This document shows, piece after piece, positions 46,846-54,583 of a stretch of DNA of 64,000 bases. The stretch is from an uncultured Acidobacteriota bacterium. Its GTDB lineage: Bacteria > Acidobacteriota > Thermoanaerobaculia > Gp7-AA8. The notes beneath the pieces are model-generated. The model was given only the letters and a program-made list of their open reading frames with translations, did not search any database and was not told the DNA's origin. Location of the stretch: contig CAWGHO010000001.1 of assembly GCA_963822445.1 (NCBI GenBank), positions 32,001 to 96,000 of the forward strand, given 5' to 3'. Made by a program: the position numbers and the translations under genes. Every line of letters starts with the position of its first letter. Position 1 is the stretch's first letter.

Positions 46846-48060
46846 TCACAACGACCGCAGAAACGCCAGCAGCTTCGCCTTCTGATCCGCGGGGAGTGCG
46901 GCGAAGCGATTCCGTGCGGCGCGCCCTTGGCCGTCGTGAGCGAGGATGGCCTGGTCGAGCGTCGTCGCGCGGCCATCGTGCAGAAACGTGGTCACGAAAC
47001 GCAGTCCCCACAGCGGCGCGGTCCGCATCTCGTTCCCCGTGGCGGCGCCCATCTCCAATCCGTCGCCCAGCGCCCCCATGTCGTGCAGCAGGAAATCCGA
47101 ATAGGGCTGATACGTCGTTTGATCGAGCGCGCGGATCGGGTGCGAGCCAGTGCGCAGCGACGGAACATGACAGCCGGCGCAGCCGATTCGCGTGAACAGG
47201 TCCTCCCCCGCGGCCGTGTCGCGCGTCGTTCGTCCGCGCGGCGGCGGCGCGAGCGTGGCCATGAACGCCGCAAGCGCCGCGACTCCGTGGCCATCGTCGT
47301 TGATGCCCGGTGCGGGATTGAACGCCAGCTCCGCGCAATTCCCCTGCGGACAACTCTCATTCGGGAAATCGGCGCTGGTCACGCCCAGCTCGTTCAGATA
47401 CGCATCGCCGGAAAACTGCAGAAGCGTCGGCACCTGTCCCTTCCATCCGAACCTCCCGACCGTCTTCATCCCCGCGCGGAAGTTGTCGACCAGAGGAGCG
47501 CGGCCGGCCGTGCCATCTCCGCGCGCCAGCTGCGCCTGCGCCAGGGCGATGAACGTCGCATCCGGCGTCGCGTCGACGAGGCCGAGCCCGAACAGCGGCG
47601 TCGAGCGGCGTTTCACGACCACCGTCGCCTGCGGCGGGACGACCTCCGGCCTGAACGCGTGCGGCGATCCGTCGGCCGGCCCGATGGCCTGATCCTGAAC
47701 GAGCGAGCCGCCGAGGGTTGTGAGGGGATCGAAGATGGCTCCGGTGCGCCGCGCGAACCGGGTCACGAGCCGCGCACTGCCGCCACCGGCGGCGGGCACG
47801 TTGTGGCATTCGACGCACGAACGCTCATTGAAGAGCGGGCCCAGACCTCCAATCACATCCTCCTCTTCGACGAAGTCCTCGTGCCCCTCGTCGAACGCCT
47901 CGCGCTGCTCGGCGGTGAGCCCGCGAAGCGGCTCGCCTGCAGCCGCCGTCCCCCCTCCCCCGCCGTTTCCGTCTCCGGGTCGTCCGGTGCCCGGACGACG
48001 CTGCGCCGCCACACTTCCCGCGAGAACGATGCTCAAGAAAACAATCATCAACTGTCGCAT
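46846..48060 (-). CDS. Di-heme oxidoreductase family (DHOR/DUF1111) protein
   Basis: GLGPLFNERSCVECH; GRFGWK; CAGCH; DFLLHDMG; LHDGRA. Confidence 0.9.
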   Translation of the reverse strand: MRQLMIVFLSIVLAGSVAAQRRPGTGRPGDGNGGGGGTAAAGEPLRGLTAEQREAFDEGHEDFVEEEDVIGGLGPLFNERSCVECHNVPAAGGGSARLVTRFARRTGAIFDPLTTLGGSLVQDQAIGPADGSPHAFRPEVVPPQATVVVKRRSTPLFGLGLVDATPDATFIALAQAQLARGDGTAGRAPLVDNFRAGMKTVGRFGWKGQVPTLLQFSGDAYLNELGVTSADFPNESCPQGNCAELAFNPAPGINDDGHGVAALAAFMATLAPPPRGRTTRDTAAGEDLFTRIGCAGCHVPSLRTGSHPIRALDQTTYQPYSDFLLHDMGALGDGLEMGAATGNEMRTAPLWGLRFVTTFLHDGRATTLDQAILAHDGQGRAARNRFAALPADQKAKLLAFLRSL

Positions 48061-48145
48061 GCGCCGATGGTCGCCGCGACGAAGGCGCGAAGTCATCATC
48101 AGGACGCAATGTGTTTGTAATCGATGTAATCGTGGGCGCGCGCGG

Positions 48146-48589
48146 TCACTCGACATCGTGGACGAAGCGATAACCGATGCCGTGGACGGTGACGATCAGC
48201 TCCGGCCGCGACGGATCGTCTTCCAGCTTGCGCCGCAGAGAGGCGATGCGAACGTCGATGGTCCGCGTCACCGGCGAAGCGCCGTAGCCCCACACCTTGT
48301 CGAGAAGCTCGTCGCGGCTCACCACTTCTCCGCGATGCTCGACGAAGTACTGAAGGAGATGGAGCTCGAGCGCTGTGAGAAGGACCGGCTTCCCGTCGCG
48401 CGTCACCCGCGCGCTACGAAAATCCGCGTGCAGCCGCCGCGACACATACACGTTCGCACGAGTCACCTCGCCACGATTGCGCAGCACGACACAGTCGTAC
48501 CCCTCTGCCGAAAGCCGCTCGCTCAAGGCGCGAACGGCATTCGACTCCGCGGCCACCATCAGCACCGATACACCCTGCTCGCCGCTCAT
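48146..48589 (-). CDS. OmpR-type winged-helix regulator with vestigial receiver
   Basis: LTALE; VSRDELLDKVWGY; TRTIDVRIASLRRKLE; TVHGIGYRF. Confidence 0.85.
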   Translation of the reverse strand: MSGEQGVSVLMVAAESNAVRALSERLSAEGYDCVVLRNRGEVTRANVYVSRRLHADFRSARVTRDGKPVLLTALELHLLQYFVEHRGEVVSRDELLDKVWGYGASPVTRTIDVRIASLRRKLEDDPSRPELIVTVHGIGYRFVHDVE

Positions 48590-48774
48590 ACGGCGACCCT
48601 CCATCACAATCACGATGCCAGGCGATTACAGGAAGGAACGCTCGAAAACCGGGTCGAACTGACCCGGTCCGCCGGGCCATTTTTCCCCTGCTGGACGGCG
48701 AGCGACCCGCTCGCCTCGCGTGGGGCGCCCCGCCCCACGCTCCAGCGGCAGTGCCGGGCGAGGCGGCCGCCCTC

Positions 48775-49362
48775 CTATCCCTCCGGTTCGTCGCTCGCGC
48801 AAGGCGCAGCGCACCCGGCCCCGCGCTCGAACCCGATCGGTGCGCCGTTGCGGGCCAGCTCGATCGAGCAGCAGTCGTCGAACGCGCCGCGCAACTTCGT
48901 TCTCGCGCGCTGCACGCGTGACTTGAGCGTGGACAGCGGGACGCCGAGGGATGTGGCGAGGTCGGTCTGGGCCTCGCCCTGGAGATCGATGCGGCGCAAT
49001 AAGGTCGCATCCGACTCCGCCAGCATGCGCAGCATCGGCTCGAGGCAGTCGCTGAGATCGCCGATGGTGCGATCGGCCGGATCGGCCGCGTCGCTTTCGG
49101 GAAGATCGCCGAACGTGTCGAGATCGATCGACGGCCGGCGCTGGCGGTAATACTCGGCCACCGCATTGCGCGTGACGGTGAAGAGCCAGGCGCGAACGGA
49201 GTCGGCCTCGATCTCGCCGCGCCGTTCCAGCAATTTCACCATCACCGACTGCACGACGTCGTCGGCATCGCCCGGATTCACGCGGCGCGCTACGTACACG
49301 CGCAGGCGCTCTCCCAGCTCATGAAAGGCAGCAGCTACGTCGATGGTCTGAGTTGCTTTCAC
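48775..49362 (-). CDS. SigZ-like ECF sigma factor with C-terminal CC and CxxxC
   Basis: DADDVVQ; AWLFTVTRN; STLKSRVQRAR; DDCC; CAAPC. Confidence 0.88.
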   Translation of the reverse strand: MKATQTIDVAAAFHELGERLRVYVARRVNPGDADDVVQSVMVKLLERRGEIEADSVRAWLFTVTRNAVAEYYRQRRPSIDLDTFGDLPESDAADPADRTIGDLSDCLEPMLRMLAESDATLLRRIDLQGEAQTDLATSLGVPLSTLKSRVQRARTKLRGAFDDCCSIELARNGAPIGFERGAGCAAPCASDEPEG

Positions 49363-49379
49363 AGGTTCCCCCGGAAGAT

Positions 49380-49446
49380 AGACGGAAACGGGAGGCGAAA
49401 GACGCATCTTCGGATGAAATGCGTCTTTTCGCGACGCTCTCCGTCT
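49380..49446. promoter_or_regulatory. Back-to-back divergent ECF-type promoters
   Basis: ATGCGTCTTT-N11-TCCGTCT on + (49419-49446) and on - (49407-49380), same spacing, different spacers. Confidence 0.8.
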
Positions 49447-49473
49447 CTTGAGCGAGTGAGACAGGAGACGACG

Positions 49474-50961
49474 ATGCAGACCAGTGAGCTTCCCGTTGCA
49501 GTGATCGGCGGTGGACCGGTTGGGCTTGCCGCGGCCGCACATCTGATGGAGCGCGGCCTGCGGCCGATGGTGTTCGAGGCCGGTCCGCGCGTCGGTCACG
49601 CGATGCGCGACTGGGGGCACGTCCGGATGTTTTCCCCCTGGCGCTACCTCGTCGATCACGCGGCGAAGCGCGCCCTTGACCAGAGCGGCTGGGTGATGCC
49701 GGACGAGCAGGGATTGCCCACCGGACTCGAGCTCGTCGAGCAGTTTCTCGAGCCGCTCGCCTCGCTGCCGTCGATGCAGGCGGCGGTGCATCTCGGAACG
49801 CGCGTCGCCGCCGTGTCGCGGCAGTTCGTGGACAAGGTCAAGACTCCCAACCGCGACGCGATGCCCTTCGTTCTGAGGACCGTCGATGCCGATGGAACGG
49901 AGCGCGACGTGCTCGCCCGCGCAGTCATCGATGCGTCGGGAACCTGGTTCAGGGCGAACCCGATGGGCGCGAACGGCCTCCCCGCTCGCGGCGAGACGGC
50001 GCACGCCGCGCGCATCCGCTATGGCATCCCCGACATCCTCGGCGCTGAGCGCGCGCGCTACTCCGGAACACGAACGCTCGTCGTCGGAACGGGCCATTCC
50101 GCGATCAACAGCCTCCTCGCGCTCGTCGAGCTGATGCGCGACGACGAACGGACGCGCGTGTTCTGGGGCATGCGCCGCACCGCGCCAGGGAACGCGCTCG
50201 GCGGCGGCAACGCCGACGCCCTCTCCGCCCGCGGCGCCCTCGGCACGAAGCTCCGCGCGCAGATCGAAGCCGGCAACGTACGCATCCTCACCGGACTGCA
50301 GATCGGCGCCGTCGAAGAGATTGGCGGCGCGCTCGTCGTGCGCGACGTCGGCGGCGAGGAGGTCGCGCTCGTCGATCAGGTCATCGTCGCCACCGGCGCG
50401 CGGCCCGATCTCGATCTCCTGCGCGAACTGCGTCTCGACCTCGATCCCGCGCTGGAAAGCCCGCGCGTGCTTGCGCCGCTGATCGATCCGAACGAGCACA
50501 GTTGCGGCTCGGTGCGGCCGCACGGCGCGTTCGAGCTCGAACAGCCCGAGCGCGGTCTGTTCATCACCGGCATGAAGAGCTACGGACGCGCGCCGACATT
50601 CCTGCTGGCCACCGGCTACGAGCAGGTCCGGTCGGTTGCGGCGTACATCGCCGGCGACTACGCCGCGGCGCGCGAAGTTCTGCTCGATCTGCCGGAGACC
50701 GGCGTGTGCAACGCGACCATCGGAAGCAACGACACGTCCGCGGCTTGCTGCGGCGTGGAACCTCGAAAGGAGACTGAAATGGCTGAAGTGAATGCAGTTG
50801 CCGAACAGGCGCCCTCGGCGTGCTGCGGAGGACCGGCGCCGAAGGAAGCGGAGGCGTGCTGCGTGAAGGACGCGGACGCGAAAGCCGCGGGGGAATCGGG
50901 ATGCGGCTGCGGCGTGCCGCAGACGGCGCAGAAGAGCGCGCCGGCGTCCTGCTGCGCGTAG
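49474..50961 (+). CDS. Flavin-dependent monooxygenase, ArsV/ArsO-like, with Cys-rich tail
   Basis: GGGPVG; DASG; GTGHSA; HSCGSV; KSYGRAPTFL; LPETGVC; CC-rich tail. Confidence 0.85.
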   Translation: MQTSELPVAVIGGGPVGLAAAAHLMERGLRPMVFEAGPRVGHAMRDWGHVRMFSPWRYLVDHAAKRALDQSGWVMPDEQGLPTGLELVEQFLEPLASLPSMQAAVHLGTRVAAVSRQFVDKVKTPNRDAMPFVLRTVDADGTERDVLARAVIDASGTWFRANPMGANGLPARGETAHAARIRYGIPDILGAERARYSGTRTLVVGTGHSAINSLLALVELMRDDERTRVFWGMRRTAPGNALGGGNADALSARGALGTKLRAQIEAGNVRILTGLQIGAVEEIGGALVVRDVGGEEVALVDQVIVATGARPDLDLLRELRLDLDPALESPRVLAPLIDPNEHSCGSVRPHGAFELEQPERGLFITGMKSYGRAPTFLLATGYEQVRSVAAYIAGDYAAAREVLLDLPETGVCNATIGSNDTSAACCGVEPRKETEMAEVNAVAEQAPSACCGGPAPKEAEACCVKDADAKAAGESGCGCGVPQTAQKSAPASCCA

Positions 50962-50963
50962 TC

Positions 50964-52106
50964 ATGACGAGTCGCCCGACGGTGCTGGCGTCGATCGTTC
51001 TGGCGCTGGCGCTGCTGGGCGACTCGCTCTTGTACGCGGTCCTTCCCCTGCACGCCGCGACGTTTGGAATCTCGCTCGCGTTTGTGGGCGTGCTGCTGTC
51101 CGCGAATCGCGTCATTCGGTTGTTCGTTTATCCCGTTCTTCCGCGCATCGCGGCGACGGGACTGCGGAGGTTCACGTTGACGGCAGCGGCGTTGGGAGGC
51201 CTCTCGACACTCACCTTTGCCTTCGCGAGCGGAGCGTGGGTCTTGCTCGCGTCGCGCATCGCCTGGGGCGTCGCGTTCGGAAGTCTGTCGCTTGCCACGC
51301 TCGCCTACGCGACGTCATTTTCCGAGAACGCCGGCTCACGTGTCGGTCTGTCGCTGTCGCTGCGGGAGCTCGGGCCGTTGTTGTCATTGACCGCGGGAAC
51401 CGCGGCTGTTGCTGCCTTCGGCGTGCGACCAGTTCTCGCCGTCGTCGGCGTGGTGTCGCTCACCGGCGTCATCGTCGCCGGGAGACTGCCGGAGCTCACG
51501 ACGGAAACGCGTGAACCGGGCAGGCCATGGAAGGTCGAGTGGCTGAGTTTCTTCGCCGGACTGGTGACGGACGGGATCTTTCCGGCGACGGTCGGATTGC
51601 TGCTCGCTCGATCGCAGGACGTCGGCGCAGCGCTGATCGGCGCCGGGATGCTGCTTGGCTTCAAGCGGGCCGCCGTTCTCCTGCTCGCGCCGATCGGTGG
51701 TCACGCGGCGGACCGGTTCGGCGGGAAGAACGTCACCGCGGCGGGACTCGCGATCATTGCCATCGGGACGTCGTTCATCGCCTCGGAGCAGGTGATCCTC
51801 GGCGCACTCCTTCTCAGCTGCGGTGCGGCGATCACGATGACTTCGATTCCGATTGCCGTCGCGACACGTGACTCCGGCGATCGTGTCGGCGCACTCGCGC
51901 GTGCGGCCATGGCGCGCGACGCGGGAGCGGCGGCGGGTCCGCTCCTCGCGCTGCCGTTGTTCGATGCGACCGGACCGGCGGTCCTCTATCTGGCGATGAG
52001 CACGCTCCTGGTGAGCACCATCGTTGCACTCTCCATAGGAGGTCCGCACTGCAACCGCGGCCCGAAGGAGACCCATCTATGGCAAGCGGAAACGAGCACG
52101 AAGTGA
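50964..52106 (+). CDS. MFS transporter
   Basis: GDSLLYAVLP; LLSANR; GGHAADRFG; about 12 hydrophobic segments. Confidence 0.88.
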   Translation: MTSRPTVLASIVLALALLGDSLLYAVLPLHAATFGISLAFVGVLLSANRVIRLFVYPVLPRIAATGLRRFTLTAAALGGLSTLTFAFASGAWVLLASRIAWGVAFGSLSLATLAYATSFSENAGSRVGLSLSLRELGPLLSLTAGTAAVAAFGVRPVLAVVGVVSLTGVIVAGRLPELTTETREPGRPWKVEWLSFFAGLVTDGIFPATVGLLLARSQDVGAALIGAGMLLGFKRAAVLLLAPIGGHAADRFGGKNVTAAGLAIIAIGTSFIASEQVILGALLLSCGAAITMTSIPIAVATRDSGDRVGALARAAMARDAGAAAGPLLALPLFDATGPAVLYLAMSTLLVSTIVALSIGGPHCNRGPKETHLWQAETSTK

Positions 52107-52309
52107 AAGGCAAACTCGAGCAGGCCAAAGGCGCGATCAAGGAAGGCTTCGGTGCGCTGACCGGCGACCGCAGTACGGAGATCGAAGGCAAAGCGGAACG
52201 GGCCAAGGGCGCGATCCGCGAGGGCTACGGCCAGTTGAAGAACGACCTCGACACGAACGTCGACAACGATCTCGACAGAGACGCGATCGACGACACGCCG
52301 AGACGCTGA
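52079..52309 (+). CDS. csbD: CsbD-family stress protein
   Basis: KGKLEQAKGAIKEGFGALTGD..EGKAERAKG. Confidence 0.9.
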   Translation: MASGNEHEVKGKLEQAKGAIKEGFGALTGDRSTEIEGKAERAKGAIREGYGQLKNDLDTNVDNDLDRDAIDDTPRR

Positions 52310-52321
52310 ATCTGACGTTAC

Positions 52322-52350
52322 GGCGCCGCCTGCCTCGAGCGGGCGGCGCC
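52322..52350 (+). terminator. GC-rich hairpin after csbD (no U-tail)
   Basis: GGCGCCGCCTGC/GCGGGCGGCGCC. Confidence 0.4.
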
Positions 52351-52417
52351 ACAACGGGTCCGATGCATTAGGATTCTCCCTACAACAGCGATTGGCGCTG
52401 GGGCAACGGAGGTTCTG

Positions 52418-53476
52418 ATGCACCGGATCGTGATCGCTATCGTCCTCGTCTCTTCTCTCAGTGAAAGCGCGGCCCAGACCACCAGCGGCCGCCGCCGTTC
52501 GGTGCGTCATCCCAGCGCGGGCGTGACGGCCCCTCTTGCAGTCTCCGACAACTACTCGGTGCGCGCGGGCGAGAGCCTCACCATTGCCGCGCCCGGAGTC
52601 CTCGCCAACGACACCCTCAACGGCGCGGTGATCGCGAGCGTCGGACCGCTCACGGGAGCCGAGCAGACGACGCTCGGCGGTACGGTCGCGACGGCACATG
52701 GCGGATCGCTGAGTCTCGCCGCGGGCGGCGGATTCACCTACACGCCTTCCGCGGCGTTCAGCGGCAGTGACGCGTTCAAGTACACCATCCGCAATGGCGG
52801 CGGCAGCTCGTCGGCAACTGCCACCATCGACGTCCAGCCGCTGCAGGCGTTGGCGGTGGGCGACTCCTACACCACCGCTCCTGAAAACGCGTTGTACGTT
52901 CCGCCGCCCGGCGTCCTCACCAACGACACGCTCGCCGGAGGCCGAATTGCCAGCTTCGGCTCGAACAGCGGAAGCGAGCAGACCGTCCTCGGCGCGTCGA
53001 CGCCAACATCGTCCGGCGGAACGGTCAGTCTCAATGCCGACGGCAGTTTCTCGTATACGACCCCTCCGACCGTGGACGACGGCTACGGATACACGCGCTC
53101 GTTCGCCGGTCTGGACAGCTTCGCCTACGTGATCCAGCGCGACTCCGTCTCTTCGACGGCATTCGTGAACATCAACGTCACCGTCGACACGTCAGGAGTG
53201 GACTTCGTGGTCACCAGCCCCGGCCACTACTACGCGATCTCCGGCCTGTCCGGCGAGAATCCCATCCTGCAGCTGACCCGCGGAAAGACGTACAAGTTCG
53301 AGATCAACGCGGCCTCGGCCCATCCGTTCGCGATTCTCGATGCGCCGCCCGGCAGCGTGACCAACAACAACATCACCCAGGGCACGCTGACGTTCGTCGT
53401 TCCCATGACCGCGCAGAACTACCGCTATCGGTGCACGACTCACGGCTTCGGGAACGTGATCAACACGGTGCCGTGA
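52418..53476 (+). CDS. Exported protein with two cadherin/Ig-like repeats and a cupredoxin-like C-terminus
   Basis: GVLAND..GGFTYTP..DAFKY repeated twice; HPFAI..YRCTTH. Confidence 0.8.
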   Translation: MHRIVIAIVLVSSLSESAAQTTSGRRRSVRHPSAGVTAPLAVSDNYSVRAGESLTIAAPGVLANDTLNGAVIASVGPLTGAEQTTLGGTVATAHGGSLSLAAGGGFTYTPSAAFSGSDAFKYTIRNGGGSSSATATIDVQPLQALAVGDSYTTAPENALYVPPPGVLTNDTLAGGRIASFGSNSGSEQTVLGASTPTSSGGTVSLNADGSFSYTTPPTVDDGYGYTRSFAGLDSFAYVIQRDSVSSTAFVNINVTVDTSGVDFVVTSPGHYYAISGLSGENPILQLTRGKTYKFEINAASAHPFAILDAPPGSVTNNNITQGTLTFVVPMTAQNYRYRCTTHGFGNVINTVP

Positions 53477-53481
53477 GGCGC

Positions 53482-54575
53482 ATGCCAGTTCCCGTCGAAG
53501 ACCTGCGCGTATCCGCTTACGTGATCCCGACGGCGACGCCGGAATCCGATGGAACGCTCGAATGGGACTCGACGACGCTGGTGCTGGTCGAGCTGGAAGG
53601 CGGCGGCAAGCGAGGCATCGGCTACACCTACGCCGACGTGGCCACGGCCCGGCTGATCGCCGATCGGCTCCGCGCGATCGTCATCGGCGGCGACGCCATG
53701 AACATCCCGGCGTTGTGGTCAGCGATGCGTCGTTCGATCCGCAATCTCGGCCGGCCCGGCATCTGCTCGATGGCCATCGCCGCCGTCGATACGGCGCTGT
53801 GGGACCTGAAAGCGAAAGTGCTCGACGTTCCGCTCGTCACGCTGTTCGGAGCAGTGCGCGAGTCGATCCCGGTCTACGGAAGCGGCGGGTTCACGTCGTA
53901 CACGGTCGCGGAGTTACAAAAGCAATTGGCCGGCTGGACGGCCGCCGGCATCCGCAGTGTGAAGATGAAAGTGGGACGTGACCGCGCCGCCGACCTCGAT
54001 CGCGTTCGCGCGGCGCGCGCGGCGATCGGCGCAGAAGCCGCGCTGTTTGTCGATGCGAACGGCGCGTATGACCGCAAGTTCGCACTCGAACAGGCCGTGC
54101 GGTTCGCGGCGTTCGGGGTGACGTGGTTCGAAGAGCCGGTGTCGTCGGACGATCTGGCAGGCCTGCGCCTGCTGCGCGATCGCGCGCCGGCGGGCATGGA
54201 CATCACGGCCGGCGAATACGGATATGACCTCGTTTACTTTCGACGGATGATCGAAGCCGCTGCCGTCGATGTCGTGCAACCCGACGCCACGCGTTGCGCG
54301 GGATTCTCGGAGTTCCTTCGCGTCGCCGCGCTCTGCGAAGCGAACAACATTCACCTGTCGGCGCACACGGCGCCGACCCTGCACGTCCCGATTTGTTGCG
54401 CGGTCGCGCCAGCGCGGCACGTCGAGTATTTCTTCGACCATGCGCGCATCGAAGAGATGCTCTTTGATGGGTTTCGCGCGCCGGTGGACGGCGTGATGGC
54501 GCCCGATCTCTCTCCCGACCTGGGATTGGCGTGGAGTTCAAACAGGCGGACGCGCGGCGCTTCGAGGTCGCTTGA
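53482..54575 (+). CDS. Mandelate racemase/enolase-superfamily enzyme (frameshift near C-terminus)
   Basis: DTALWDLKAK; KMKVG; DANG; WFEEP; AGEY. Confidence 0.92.
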
Positions 54576-54583
54576 CCGCCGGC

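Noticed and set aside
48775-50523. 582-aa sigma fusion and other long N-terminal extensions (41367..43037, 42431..43654, 60207..61286)
   Set aside because: The extensions overlap other real genes; internal starts fit better
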